This document shows, piece by piece, positions 49,533-60,376 of a stretch of DNA of 64,000 nucleotides (the first letter of the stretch is position 1; the number at the start of each line of letters is the position of its first letter). The DNA lies in assembly GCA_902543145.1 (NCBI GenBank), contig CACBXG010000003.1, positions 91,088-155,087 of the forward strand, written 5' to 3'. Made by a program: the position numbers and the translations under genes. This DNA comes from an uncultured SAR116 cluster alpha proteobacterium. GTDB lineage: Bacteria > Pseudomonadota > Alphaproteobacteria > Puniceispirillales > Marisalimonadaceae. The notes beneath the pieces were generated by a model, which worked only from the letters and a program-made list of their open reading frames with translations, did no database searches and was not told the origin of the DNA.

Positions 49533-50801
49533 ATGGACGAACAAAAGAACGAAGGAAAAAATAAAACAACCTTGTACTGTTCATTTTGTGGTAAAAGTCA
49601 ACATGAAGTAAAAAAGCTAATTGCAGGCCCCACAGTGTTTATTTGTGATGAGTGTGTTGAGCTTTGTATGGATATAATTAAAGAAGAGCACCAATCATCA
49701 ATTACAAAAAACAAAGAAGGTATTCCATCACCTGTAGAAATATGTAAAATACTAGATGATTACGTCATCGGTCAAACAAAAGCAAAAAGAGTGCTTTCTG
49801 TAGCTGTTCATAACCATTACAAAAGATTAGCAAATACAACTGATGTCAACGATATTGAAATTTCAAAGTCAAATATTCTACTAGTAGGACCAACTGGTTG
49901 TGGAAAAACCTTACTAGCGCAAACTTTAGCAAAAATATTAGATGTTCCTTTTACAATGGCCGACGCAACAACATTAACAGAAGCTGGTTATGTCGGCGAA
50001 GATGTTGAAAATATAATTCTAAAATTATTACAAGCCTCTGATTATAATGTTGAAAGAGCTCAAAAGGGTATTGTATACATAGATGAGGTTGATAAGATTT
50101 CAAGAAAGTCTGAAAATCCTTCTATAACTAGAGATGTTAGTGGTGAAGGTGTACAGCAAGCTTTACTTAAAATTATGGAGGGCACTATTGCAGCTGTTCC
50201 ACCTCAAGGTGGAAGAAAACACCCTCAACAAGAATTTCTTCAAGTGGATACTACAAATATTCTTTTTATTTGTGGTGGGGCCTTTGCAGGTTTGGATAAA
50301 TTAATTGCAAATAGAAATAAAGGCTCTTCTATTGGGTTTGGTGCTGAAATAATTAATTCACAAGAAACCTCAACATCCGAAATGCTTAAAGATGTAGAGC
50401 CAGGCGATTTAGTTAAATATGGACTTATTCCTGAATTTGTAGGTAGGTTGCCTGTTCTAGCATCATTAGAAGATCTTGACGAAGAAGCTTTAGTTACAAT
50501 TTTAACAAAGCCTAAAAATGCACTCCTTAAACAGTATCAAAAACTATTTGAAATGGAAAATACTAATCTAGAATTTAGAGAAAATGCATTAAAAGCAATT
50601 GCTCAAAAAGCTATAAATTTAAAGACAGGTGCAAGAGGTTTACGTTCTATAATTGAAAATATACTAATGGATACCATGTTTGAATTACCTTCTGAACCTG
50701 ACATTAACGAAGTTGTTATTAATGAAGAAGTTGTAACTAAAGGCACTAAACCTATTTTAGTTCACGAAAAAAAGACGAAAGAAATAAAAAGCTCTATTTA
50801 G
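49533..50801 (+). CDS. clpX: ATP-dependent Clp protease ATPase subunit
   Basis: CSFCGK...ICDEC zinc finger, [19 protein letters not shown] and IGF loop. Confidence 0.97.
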   Translation: MDEQKNEGKNKTTLYCSFCGKSQHEVKKLIAGPTVFICDECVELCMDIIKEEHQSSITKNKEGIPSPVEICKILDDYVIGQTKAKRVLSVAVHNHYKRLANTTDVNDIEISKSNILLVGPTGCGKTLLAQTLAKILDVPFTMADATTLTEAGYVGEDVENIILKLLQASDYNVERAQKGIVYIDEVDKISRKSENPSITRDVSGEGVQQALLKIMEGTIAAVPPQGGRKHPQQEFLQVDTTNILFICGGAFAGLDKLIANRNKGSSIGFGAEIINSQETSTSEMLKDVEPGDLVKYGLIPEFVGRLPVLASLEDLDEEALVTILTKPKNALLKQYQKLFEMENTNLEFRENALKAIAQKAINLKTGARGLRSIIENILMDTMFELPSEPDINEVVINEEVVTKGTKPILVHEKKTKEIKSSI

Positions 50802-50877
50802 TATTTTTTGAACTTGAAGTTTAGAAAAAAACTATCATTTATTAATTTGTAAGACGATTTTAATAATTCTGAAGGAT

Positions 50878-53271
50878 ATGAACTTGACAAGTAAAATATA
50901 CCCAATTTTGCCTTTACGAGATATTGTTATATTTCCATACATGATAGCTCCATTATTTGTAGGAAGGCTTAAGTCAATTAATGCTCTTGAGACTGTAATG
51001 GAAGAAAATACAGAGATAGTTTTACTTACCCAAAAAAAATCTTCAACCGAAGAACCTAGTTCAAAAGACCTTTTTAAAATGGGTACTCTAGGAACAATCT
51101 TACAAATGCTTAAATTGCCGGATGGTACCGTTAAAGTATTAGTTGAAGGAAAATTTAGGTGCGAGATTAATGAAATAATATCTTCAGGTGACTATTTAAG
51201 TGCAAAATTAAATGTTTTAAAAAAAGATATTTCATTAGGAAACAATGATGATGAAATAATTAATCAACTTAAAAATTCTTTTGAAAGGTTTTCCAAACTT
51301 AATAGTAAAATTAACTCTGATGTTTTATCAACAATATCTAATATTGATAACTCAGACATTTTGTCTGATACAATTGTGAATCATTTAGTTTTTTCCATCG
51401 ACGAAAAACAATCCTTTCTTGAAATGACTGATGCATCCGAGAGGGTTAAAGCTTTGACTACAAAAATCGAGAAAGAAATTGAAATACTCAGCTCTGAAAG
51501 AAAAATTAGAAGTAACGTAAAAAAACAGATGGAAAAAACACAAAGGGAGTATTATTTAAACGAGCAACTAAAAGCTATACAAAAAGAACTTGGCACATCT
51601 GATGATGGAAAAAATGAATTTGACGAGTTTAATGATAAAATTAATAAAGCAAAACTAAGTAAAGAAGCCAAAGAAAAAGCTCTATCAGAATTAAAAAAAC
51701 TAAAAAATATGAGTCCAATGAGTGCAGAAGCTACTGTTGTTAGGTCATATATTGATTGGTTGGTTTCTATTCCGTGGAAGAAAACTAATAAAGTTAAATC
51801 TGATATTGTTAATGCAAGAAAAATCTTAGATGATGATCATTATGGTTTAGAAAAAGTTAAGGATAGAATAATTGAATTCCTTGCTGTTCAAAAAAGAACA
51901 AATGAAGTTAAAGGTCCAATATTGTGTTTGGTTGGGCCGCCGGGAGTTGGTAAAACTTCATTGGGAAAATCAATAGCACAAGCAACAGGAAGACAATACA
52001 TAAGAATGGCTTTAGGTGGTGTTCGTGATGAGGCAGAAATTAGAGGTCATAGAAGAACTTATATAGGATCATTACCAGGTAAAATTATACATGGTATGAA
52101 AAAATCATCATCTGTTAACCCACTATTTTTATTAGATGAAATAGACAAATTAGGTAATGATTACAGAGGGGATCCTTCTTCTGCATTACTAGAAGTTTTA
52201 GATCCAGAACAAAATAAAACATTTCAGGACCATTACCTTGAAGTTGACTATGATTTGTCTAAAGTTTTCTTTGTAACAACCTCAAACACACTAAACATGC
52301 CACAAGCTTTGTTGGATAGGATGGAAGTAATTAGGTTGTCTGGATATACAGAAGATGAAAAACTAGAAATTGCTAAAAGACATTTATTACAAAAACAAAT
52401 GGATAGTTGCAAACTTAAAAAATCAGAATTCTCGATCAATGAAGAAGCTCTGAAAATGATTATTCAATCATACACTAGAGAAGCAGGGGTTCGAAATTTA
52501 GAAAGACAATTAGCTAAATTAACTCGAAAAGTTGTGACCCTAATTGAAAAAAATGAAGCAAAATCAATTTCTGTAACTAAAAGCAATTTACCTGATTTAT
52601 TGGGTGTTCCTATTTATCAAAGGCTTGAGATAGAAAAAGAAGATTTAGTTGGTATTACAACTGGATTGGCTTGGACTGAGGTTGGTGGTGAATTATTGTC
52701 TATAGAAGCTGTAAAAGTAAAAGGCAAAGGTAAAGTCACAGCTACAGGAAAACTTGGTGATGTTATGAAAGAGTCAGTCCAAGCTGCAGAATTTTTTATT
52801 AGATCAAAAGCTTTTTCTTTTGGTCTAGATCCTTTTGATATTGAAAAACTAGACGTTCATGTTCATGTACCAGAAGGTGCAACTCCTAAGGATGGTCCAT
52901 CTGCAGGCGTTGCTATGGTTACAAGTATAGTATCAGCTTTGACTGACATAAAAGTTAAAAAATCTGTAGGTATGACTGGTGAAATTACTCTTAGAGGAAG
53001 GGTGTTACCTATTGGTGGTTTAAAAGAAAAACTATTAGCAGCAAAAAGAGGCGGCATTAAAACAGTTTTAATTCCAGATGATAATAAAAAAGATTTAATT
53101 GAAATACCTGAAAATATTAAAAACCAATTAAAAATTATACCAGTTAGTTCTATAGATGAGGTTATAACAAATGCTTTATTAGACGCTCCGCAGGAGTTAA
53201 GTATGCTAGAACCTAGTAAAATAGCAAAAAATGAAAGTAGTAATTCCAATAAAACGAGTATTTCTCATTAA
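50878..53271 (+). CDS. lon: Lon protease
   Basis: LPLRD, GPPGVGKTS, RGHRRTY and PKDGPSAG. Confidence 0.97.
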   Translation: MNLTSKIYPILPLRDIVIFPYMIAPLFVGRLKSINALETVMEENTEIVLLTQKKSSTEEPSSKDLFKMGTLGTILQMLKLPDGTVKVLVEGKFRCEINEIISSGDYLSAKLNVLKKDISLGNNDDEIINQLKNSFERFSKLNSKINSDVLSTISNIDNSDILSDTIVNHLVFSIDEKQSFLEMTDASERVKALTTKIEKEIEILSSERKIRSNVKKQMEKTQREYYLNEQLKAIQKELGTSDDGKNEFDEFNDKINKAKLSKEAKEKALSELKKLKNMSPMSAEATVVRSYIDWLVSIPWKKTNKVKSDIVNARKILDDDHYGLEKVKDRIIEFLAVQKRTNEVKGPILCLVGPPGVGKTSLGKSIAQATGRQYIRMALGGVRDEAEIRGHRRTYIGSLPGKIIHGMKKSSSVNPLFLLDEIDKLGNDYRGDPSSALLEVLDPEQNKTFQDHYLEVDYDLSKVFFVTTSNTLNMPQALLDRMEVIRLSGYTEDEKLEIAKRHLLQKQMDSCKLKKSEFSINEEALKMIIQSYTREAGVRNLERQLAKLTRKVVTLIEKNEAKSISVTKSNLPDLLGVPIYQRLEIEKEDLVGITTGLAWTEVGGELLSIEAVKVKGKGKVTATGKLGDVMKESVQAAEFFIRSKAFSFGLDPFDIEKLDVHVHVPEGATPKDGPSAGVAMVTSIVSALTDIKVKKSVGMTGEITLRGRVLPIGGLKEKLLAAKRGGIKTVLIPDDNKKDLIEIPENIKNQLKIIPVSSIDEVITNALLDAPQELSMLEPSKIAKNESSNSNKTSISH

Positions 53272-53375
53272 TTTTTTTACTTTTTTTTTTTCTTGTTTAT
53301 AATTAGCTTTATTTTCTAGTCTTATAGGCTAGTATCAGGTAATTTAAACAATTATTAACAATTACGGAGGTACGT

Positions 53376-53648
53376 ATGAATAAGAATGAATTAGTTGCAA
53401 GTGTTGCTGACGCATCTGGTCTTTCCAAAGTAGATGCTGCAAAAGCAGTTGATGGAGTTTTTGAGTCAATCACCAATGCTTTAAAATCAGGTGGTGATGT
53501 GCGTATAGTTGGTTTTGGAACTTTTTCTGTTGCTAACCGTGCCGCTACAACAGGTAGAAATCCTAGAACAGGTGAAACAATCCAAATTAAAGCATCTAAA
53601 CAACCTAAATTTAAGGCTGGAAGTCCTTTAAAGGCCGCTGTTAATTAA
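53376..53648 (+). CDS. hupB: Histone-like DNA-binding protein HU
   Basis: MNKNEL, GFGTF and GRNPRTG; follows lon. Confidence 0.93.
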   Translation: MNKNELVASVADASGLSKVDAAKAVDGVFESITNALKSGGDVRIVGFGTFSVANRAATTGRNPRTGETIQIKASKQPKFKAGSPLKAAVN

Positions 53649-53670
53649 ATTAAACTTCACTTTTAATAAC

Positions 53671-53699
53671 AAGGCGTCTTTTTAAAGACGCCTTTTTTT
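53671..53699 (+). terminator. Intrinsic terminator after hup, overlapping the 3' end of the convergent gene
   Basis: AAGGCGTCTTT-TT-AAAGACGCCTT followed by a T tract. Confidence 0.8.
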
Positions 53700-54197
53700 A
53701 AAACTAGCCATTTGTTTTACAGAAATATTTGTGCAATTAATCTTACCCTCGTAAAAACTTAATGTTAAAAGCTCATTACTAAAGATATCTAATAGCTCTC
53801 TATTTTTAAGTAAGAAATTTGGGTTTTTGGGTGAACCATATTTTTCATTGCCTTGTGAAAAGGTCTCATAAAATAAAATCCCATCTTTTTTAAGTAAATT
53901 TATTAATTTTTTTATCTTAGGTCTATACAAGTAATTCACTACTATGATCACATCATAATATTCTTTAACCAATGGCCATTCTTCATTGGTTTCAAGATCA
54001 AAACATATTGTATTAATGTTTTTAAAGCTTGTATAATTATCTAATTTCTTTTGATCTTTATCAATAGCTGTTACTAAGATATTTTTTTTTGATAGAGGGA
54101 TACTATTTCTTCCATTTCCAGAAGCAAAATCTAAAAGATTTATTTTTTTTCTAATCTTTAAAGATTCTATCTGATTAAAAATCCATTTAGAGTGCAT
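53682..54197 (-). CDS. Class I SAM-dependent methyltransferase (TehB-like)
   Basis: LLDFASGNGRN, VTAID, YDVIIVVNYL.R and GILFYETF. Confidence 0.82.
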   Translation of the reverse strand: MHSKWIFNQIESLKIRKKINLLDFASGNGRNSIPLSKKNILVTAIDKDQKKLDNYTSFKNINTICFDLETNEEWPLVKEYYDVIIVVNYLYRPKIKKLINLLKKDGILFYETFSQGNEKYGSPKNPNFLLKNRELLDIFSNELLTLSFYEGKINCTNISVKQMASFKKRRL

Positions 54198-54287
54198 TAA
54201 AATTTTCCTTATTCCTAAATTTTATTTATTAAATAATAAGTTAATTATTGTCTTCGTTTAAAAAATTACGTATAAATCTTATTTTTA

Positions 54288-54363
54288 GGGCGGTTAGCTC
54301 AGTTGGTAGAGCATCTCGTTTACACCGAGAGGGTCGGCGGTTCGAGACCGTCACCGCCCACCA
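54288..54363 (+). tRNA. tRNA-Val(TAC)
   Basis: GGGCGGTTAGCTCAG...TCTCGTTTACACCGAGA...ACCGCCCACCA; 76 nt. Confidence 0.97.
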
Positions 54364-54458
54364 AAATTTACACAAAATTTTTATATATCTCTTATAGCCA
54401 TCAAATAGTTTTTGTTGTCTAATCTTAATCATGTGATTTTAGTTATTGGAGTAGATAT

Positions 54459-55178
54459 ATGTCAATTTCAAAAATGCCAGTTTGTATGATTACTGGTTTA
54501 GGTGAAGGTACAGGAGGGTATACTGCTAGACGTTTTGCAAAAGCTGGATATAGAGTAGCAATGTTAGCTAGATCTAAAGAACGATTGAGAAAATTTGAAC
54601 AAGAATTGCCTGGATCTAAGGGATATGTATGCGATGTTTCTAATTTAAAACATTTAGAGGATATATGTAAAAAAATTAAAAATGAAATGTCTTCTCCAGA
54701 AGTTCTTATACATAATGCAGTGAAAGGAAACTTCGAATATTTATTAAAAGGCAAACCAGAATGGTTAGAAGAGAACTTTAGAATTAATACAACTTCACTT
54801 ATGTATTTATCCCACTTTTTGATACCGGACATGTTGAAAAATAAAAAAGGAATTATAATTGTAACGGGTAATACTGCTGCACATAGGGGGGTGGCTATGA
54901 CACCCTATTTTGCTCCTACCAAGGCTGCCCAAAGAATTCTTGCACAATCATTAGCACGTGATTTTGGACCTCAAGGTATTCATGTTGCATATATAACAAT
55001 TGATGCGTCTATAAATACTCCATGGACCAGAAGTAGAATAGAACATCAAAAAAATAAAAATGATATTGAATTTGCTCAACCGCAGGATATAGCCGAAGAA
55101 ATTTTTAGAATTTCACAACAAAAACGTTCTGCTTGGTCATTTGATGTTGAATTAAGACCAGATATAGAAAAATGGTAA
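54459..55178 (+). CDS. Short-chain dehydrogenase/reductase
   Basis: ITGLGEGTG, LIHNA, F...K in place of the Y..K motif, SLARDFGPQGIHVAY. Confidence 0.82.
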   Translation: MSISKMPVCMITGLGEGTGGYTARRFAKAGYRVAMLARSKERLRKFEQELPGSKGYVCDVSNLKHLEDICKKIKNEMSSPEVLIHNAVKGNFEYLLKGKPEWLEENFRINTTSLMYLSHFLIPDMLKNKKGIIIVTGNTAAHRGVAMTPYFAPTKAAQRILAQSLARDFGPQGIHVAYITIDASINTPWTRSRIEHQKNKNDIEFAQPQDIAEEIFRISQQKRSAWSFDVELRPDIEKW

Positions 55179-55179
55179 T

Positions 55180-55956
55180 TTAACCTACAAAAGCTTTTTC
55201 TAAAACAAATTCTCCTGGATAATTATTGGCTCCTTCACGGAATTTGTTTTCTAACATAATTTTTTTAAGATCATTATTTAGGCCCATTGACCCACAAAAC
55301 ATGAATCTATCATCGGATGAGATTGACTTTATCTTTAAATCATTAAATAATTTGTCTGAAGATATAAGTTCAGTAATCCTGCCATTGAAAATATAATTAT
55401 CTCTCGTTGTAGAATGATAGCTTAATAATTTATTATCTATAAATTCTTTAATTAATTCATCATTCATACATTCTTGAATTATACTTTTACTATAAGATAA
55501 CTCAGCAATCATTCTACAAGTATGTGTAACAATTATACTTTCAAATCTTTCATAAGTTTCTGGTTCTCTTATAAGTGCTGCAAATGGAGCAAACCCTGTT
55601 CCTGAGGAAAGTAAAAATAATCTTTTCCCAGGTTTTATTGCATCTAGAACTAATGTACCTGTTGATTTAGGCATCATAATAATTTCATCACCGATTTTTA
55701 TTTTTTTTAATTTTGATGTTAAAGGTCCGTCTTTTACAATTATAGAATAAAACTCTAATTCTTCAGACCAACTTGGTGAACAAATTGAGTAAGCTCTTAA
55801 TATTGGTTTGTCATAATTATCAAGAAGGCCAATCATGACAAACTCACCTGATCTAAACTTGAAACTTTTTGGTCTAGTAATGCGAAAAGAAAATAAATTT
55901 TCAGTCCAATGTTTGACAAATGTAACTTTTTGATAATTTTTTGAAAATTTTGACAA
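55180..55956 (-). CDS. fpr: Ferredoxin--NADP+ reductase (bacterial type)
   Basis: FRSGEFVMIGL, RAYSI.S, GPLTS, SGTG.APF, CGS and EKAFVG. Confidence 0.92.
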   Translation of the reverse strand: MSKFSKNYQKVTFVKHWTENLFSFRITRPKSFKFRSGEFVMIGLLDNYDKPILRAYSICSPSWSEELEFYSIIVKDGPLTSKLKKIKIGDEIIMMPKSTGTLVLDAIKPGKRLFLLSSGTGFAPFAALIREPETYERFESIIVTHTCRMIAELSYSKSIIQECMNDELIKEFIDNKLLSYHSTTRDNYIFNGRITELISSDKLFNDLKIKSISSDDRFMFCGSMGLNNDLKKIMLENKFREGANNYPGEFVLEKAFVG

Positions 55957-55975
55957 ATTTTATCCTAGCTGCAAA

Positions 55976-56803
55976 TTAGTCACTATCTAATAATGATTTA
56001 GTCAAGTTGAGTAAAGCTAATTTATAATCAGGGTATTTGAATTTGTAACTTAACTGATTATCAATAATATTACTTTCCACAGTTCTGTTTACTTCATAGA
56101 AAGATTTCAACATTCCAGAGACTTTTGTAGAATCGTATTTTACAAGTTTTGGTTTTACTAATTTTAGTTTATTACTTACGAATTTAATTGCATCATAATT
56201 ACTTATTTTTTTCTGATCACTGATATTTAAAATTTTTTCTTTACAGTTTTTCCTTATAAAATGAATTGTTAATGATGACAAATCTTCTACATGTATTCTG
56301 TTAGAAACATAATCATCTTTTAAAATAATTTCATTATCTCCATTTAGATATTTAATCATAGGATGTCTGTTTGGACCATAAATACCAGAAATTCTGAAAA
56401 TTGAGGTTTGTGAATTCGCTTTAACCCATTCTTTCTCGCAATTAAGTCTTGTTATTCCTCTTTTATATTTTGGTGATGGTTTTGAGCTTTCATCAACTAT
56501 TCCGCTTCCATATACTGATGTTGCAGAATAATAAATAATAATGTTTTTATTTAATGAAATTGGTTTTCGATACTTTTTTAAGACAGGATCAAAACCTTCT
56601 TCATTAAATGGTACAGTTGATATGATATTTTCATTAATTAATTTTTTTTCGACATTATTATAATCAGTGAAATTTAGGTAATGTATATTTTTTTCAGGAT
56701 TCGAAATATTTCTTGTAATTATTGAAACTTCATATCCATACTTTAGGGCATCTTTAGCTAAAAATTTAGCTGTGTAGCCATTTCCAATAATTGTTAATTT
56801 CAT
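55976..56803 (-). CDS. Atypical SDR / NAD-dependent epimerase family protein
   Basis: IIGNGYT, YSATSVYG, RISGIYGP, NRIHVEDL and FKYPDY. Confidence 0.8.
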   Translation of the reverse strand: MKLTIIGNGYTAKFLAKDALKYGYEVSIITRNISNPEKNIHYLNFTDYNNVEKKLINENIISTVPFNEEGFDPVLKKYRKPISLNKNIIIYYSATSVYGSGIVDESSKPSPKYKRGITRLNCEKEWVKANSQTSIFRISGIYGPNRHPMIKYLNGDNEIILKDDYVSNRIHVEDLSSLTIHFIRKNCKEKILNISDQKKISNYDAIKFVSNKLKLVKPKLVKYDSTKVSGMLKSFYEVNRTVESNIIDNQLSYKFKYPDYKLALLNLTKSLLDSD

Positions 56804-56863
56804 AATTAAAATTTTTTTTATTTGTACTTGCTTTTTTTTATTTAATTAAATTTAATAATTAAA

Positions 56864-57044
56864 TGTTTATGGTGCTTCGAAGATTTCTTCAAGCTTAAAA
56901 TGGGAATTTGGTAACTTACATGAGTTATAAGCCAAAGCTGTCCCCGCAACTGTAAATGCTGAGTAAGGGCTAACATACCACTGGATATTTTCTGGGAAGG
57001 TTGCCTAAACTATGAAGCGTGAGCCAGGAGACCTGCCATTAACA
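56864..57044 (+). ncRNA. Cobalamin riboswitch
   Basis: GGT...AAATGGGAA, GCTGTCCCCGCAACTGTAA, CCACTG...TGGGAAG and B12 box GAGCCAGGAGACCTGCC; P1 TGTTTATGG/CCATTAACA; upstream of a TonB receptor. Confidence 0.93.
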
Positions 57045-57150
57045 GTCGCTTTGTCAACTTCCGGGTAGAGTAGATGACACGTGTAACATTTATCGTCTAG
57101 CGACAATTATTTGAGCTTTAGCTCTTAACTTACTTTGCTAGGGGGTAAAT

Positions 57151-59118
57151 ATGGCAAGCGTGTTCATTTTCATAATATTTATTTTACTTAATATATCCCA
57201 TTCTTTTTCTAATGACGAAAAACCTATTCGAATTACAATTTATCCTTCAATGGTTGAGAGAGGTGTGGTTGGTAGTTCTACTAAGATAATAAATTATAGA
57301 GCTATAAGTAATTCTTCATATAAAACTCTTGGTGACTTATTATCAAAAAACTCAGGAGTTTTTTTTGAAAAATTGTACTATGGTATGGACGCAAAATCAA
57401 CTGTAAGAATGAGAGGATTCGGTGAGCAAGCATCAAGAAATATTATGATACTTGTAGATGGAGTTCGTTTATCTGATATGACAATTGCTGGTGCAAATTT
57501 ATCAAGAGTTCCAATTGATAATATTTATGAAATTCAGATTTTAAAAGGTGGATCTTCGACTGTTGTTTATGGTGATGGAGCCGTCGGTGGGTCAATAAAT
57601 ATTATTACAAAAAACCCTAAATACTTAAAAGATCAAGTAAATATTAAATCATCTTTTAAATCCTTTGATTCAAAAGAAAATTCTGTTTCAATTAATAAAA
57701 ATATGAACAAGTTTATATTACAAACTTTTGCATCAACTACTGATAGTAAAGGCTACAGGGAAAATAATAAGTTTGAAAATGACACATTTCAATTTGATTT
57801 ATCTTATTTAAGAGATCCTTTAACAATATATTCCACGAGTATAAATTACTCTGACGAATATACTGGATTGCCAGGAAGTATAACATTAACTGACTTTTAT
57901 ACTCGACCTAGGTTTGTAAGATCAGGTTCTATCGATAGTTTTGCAGAAGAAAAAATACAATCGTGGAAGTTAAATAATGAAAAAAAAGTTACTAGAGGAA
58001 AAGCTTTAACAAGTATTAGGTATGAAGAAAAAGATCAAAAAACTTCATCGATGTACAGTGGAGTGAACATTAGAGCAAAGACTGACTTAAGCACGTACAC
58101 TTTTAGCTCCAAATTAAACAAAAAATTTACCGATAATAATTTTTACATGGACACTAACGTAGGTATTGATCATTATAATTCCACTTACAGAGCTATAGGT
58201 AACAATTGGGCTGGTACACCTTATCATAATATTGCAACTCAAAAAATATTTGAACCATTTGGCTTAATTAAATTTTCAAATATAAATACTCCTAATATTG
58301 AATATGAGGCTGGTTTTAGACAACATTATTATGATTTAGATGCTGACAATTATACAAACAAAAGCAGTTTATTGTCTCGAGTAAGGCAAAATTATGCTTG
58401 GTCATTAGGTTTTAACTATACCTTAGATAATAACAAAAATATTTTTGGTCATATTGCAAGATCATTCAGATCACCAAGATTAGATGAAATTATTTCTTTA
58501 GTTAATCCTAGTCCTACGTCTACTGATATCAAACATCAATACTCCCATGACATTGAAATTGGTCACAATATAAAATTAGATAAAACAAATTTTAGCATAG
58601 CTTTATTTAGATCGCTTATAAAAAATCAGATAGTTTATAATTCTGCTGCATTCGCTAATCAAAATTTTGATCCTTCAATCCATCAGGGTGTTGAATTAGA
58701 ATTCGATAGATTAATTAATTCAAATTTTAAATTTGTTTCTAATTTGAATTATATTGACTCATATTTTACTGAAGGAGTTGAAAAAGGTAATGAGACACCG
58801 TACGTACCAAGATTATCTGGAAATTCTTCCATTAATTATGATTTTGACAAACAAACTAATTTCTCATTAGATTACAAATATATTGGTAAGAAAAGATCTG
58901 GCAATGACCCAAATTATATATTAACTAAATCTAAGTCTTATCAGCTTGTGGATTTTAATATTAATTACAAAACAAAAGATTTTACTGTCAAAGGATCAAT
59001 TAATAATTTATTAAATAAAAAATATTATACAAATTTAATTAAAAGTTGGGATGATAAAGCTTATGTGTATCCACAACCTGGAAGAACTTTGTTTTTGGGT
59101 ATAGAGGCGAAATTTTAA
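57151..59118 (+). CDS. btuB: TonB-dependent receptor, probably for cobalamin
   Basis: Signal peptide, plug motifs MRGF, ILVDG, I.ILKG....YG.GAVGG.INIIT, C-terminal GRT..LG...KF; riboswitch-controlled. Confidence 0.85.
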   Translation: MASVFIFIIFILLNISHSFSNDEKPIRITIYPSMVERGVVGSSTKIINYRAISNSSYKTLGDLLSKNSGVFFEKLYYGMDAKSTVRMRGFGEQASRNIMILVDGVRLSDMTIAGANLSRVPIDNIYEIQILKGGSSTVVYGDGAVGGSINIITKNPKYLKDQVNIKSSFKSFDSKENSVSINKNMNKFILQTFASTTDSKGYRENNKFENDTFQFDLSYLRDPLTIYSTSINYSDEYTGLPGSITLTDFYTRPRFVRSGSIDSFAEEKIQSWKLNNEKKVTRGKALTSIRYEEKDQKTSSMYSGVNIRAKTDLSTYTFSSKLNKKFTDNNFYMDTNVGIDHYNSTYRAIGNNWAGTPYHNIATQKIFEPFGLIKFSNINTPNIEYEAGFRQHYYDLDADNYTNKSSLLSRVRQNYAWSLGFNYTLDNNKNIFGHIARSFRSPRLDEIISLVNPSPTSTDIKHQYSHDIEIGHNIKLDKTNFSIALFRSLIKNQIVYNSAAFANQNFDPSIHQGVELEFDRLINSNFKFVSNLNYIDSYFTEGVEKGNETPYVPRLSGNSSINYDFDKQTNFSLDYKYIGKKRSGNDPNYILTKSKSYQLVDFNINYKTKDFTVKGSINNLLNKKYYTNLIKSWDDKAYVYPQPGRTLFLGIEAKF

Positions 59119-59161
59119 CAAAATTATTGTGTTAATTACTGATGTGGTTTAACTAATTATT

Positions 59162-59674
59162 ATGAATAAAAAAAATATAATTAAAAATTTTTCATTATTT
59201 TTAGGGTGTGTAAGTATTGTACTTCTTTTCCGTTTAATTCCTCATCCACCGAATTTCACACCAGTAATTGCTTTAAGTTTATATCTACCATTTATATTTG
59301 GCGTTTGGTCTATACCGTTTTGTGTATTAGGTTTTGCTATGACAGATTACTTTATTGGGTTTCATAGCATGTTGATTTGGACTTGGGGAGCTTTGGCTTT
59401 TATAGGATATACTTCTAAATTTTGTAAAAAAATATTTTCAAGAATTTTTTTAAGTTTTATTGGTGCTCTTTCATTTTTTATTATTTCTAATTTTGGTGTA
59501 TGGATCTCTGGCATATATTATGAAATTTCCCTACAAGGATTATTTAACTGTTACATGATGGCTATTCCGTTTTTCACTAATACATTATTAAGTACAATGA
59601 TTTTTGCAGTAATTTTTGAATTATTCATATTAAGTAAAATTTATCATATTAACCCAATTTTCAATAAAAAATGA
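59162..59674 (+). CDS. DUF6580-like membrane protein, putative corrinoid transport component
   Basis: FRLIPHPPNFTP, FFIISNFGVW and Y......L..CY..AIPFF; follows btuB. Confidence 0.7.
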   Translation: MNKKNIIKNFSLFLGCVSIVLLFRLIPHPPNFTPVIALSLYLPFIFGVWSIPFCVLGFAMTDYFIGFHSMLIWTWGALAFIGYTSKFCKKIFSRIFLSFIGALSFFIISNFGVWISGIYYEISLQGLFNCYMMAIPFFTNTLLSTMIFAVIFELFILSKIYHINPIFNKK

Positions 59675-59758
59675 AATACATATTTGTTTCTTAAATTAAT
59701 TATTCTTTTCTTGACCAAAACTTTAACTACCTCTATCAAGTATTTAGAAACCTTTTTA

Positions 59759-59835
<77 letters not shown>

Positions 59836-59908
59836 TTATCTTATAAATTTAATAAATTGCTTTTTAACTTGTTAATAATTAAAACTAATTACTTATAATT
59901 AAATTAAA

Positions 59909-60337
59909 ATGATGGCAAATATGAAACTTCAATTACACCACATCAATTTGTCTACTGATAAAGTAGATGAAATGAATAATTTCTATTTAAATGTTATGAA
60001 ACTAAAAACAGAAAATGAAGGATTACCAGTTTTAGAAAAGAAAAAAGGTTATTCTGGAGATGTTGCTTTTGTATCAGATGGTAAAATACAAACACATCTA
60101 GCAAAAAAAGATTTGGATGTTTGTTTTAAAACTGGTCACACAATAAACCCACTTGAAAAAGGTCACATAGCCTATAGAACAGATGATCTAGAAGCTTTTA
60201 AAAAACATTTAAATGAATTAAAAATCAATTTTTCAGATTGGGGTGAAACTGCAGTAGCAGGATGGAAACAAATATTTTTTCATGATCCAGATGGAAATAT
60301 AATTGAAGTACATGAAATAGTAGAAACAAAACTTTAA
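59909..60337 (+). CDS. VOC/glyoxalase-family protein
   Basis: LHHINL, FY, GHIAY and QIFFHDPDGNIIE. Confidence 0.85.
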   Translation: MMANMKLQLHHINLSTDKVDEMNNFYLNVMKLKTENEGLPVLEKKKGYSGDVAFVSDGKIQTHLAKKDLDVCFKTGHTINPLEKGHIAYRTDDLEAFKKHLNELKINFSDWGETAVAGWKQIFFHDPDGNIIEVHEIVETKL

Positions 60338-60376
60338 ATCATAATTTAAAAATCATTATCAGAATGGTAGTCAAAT

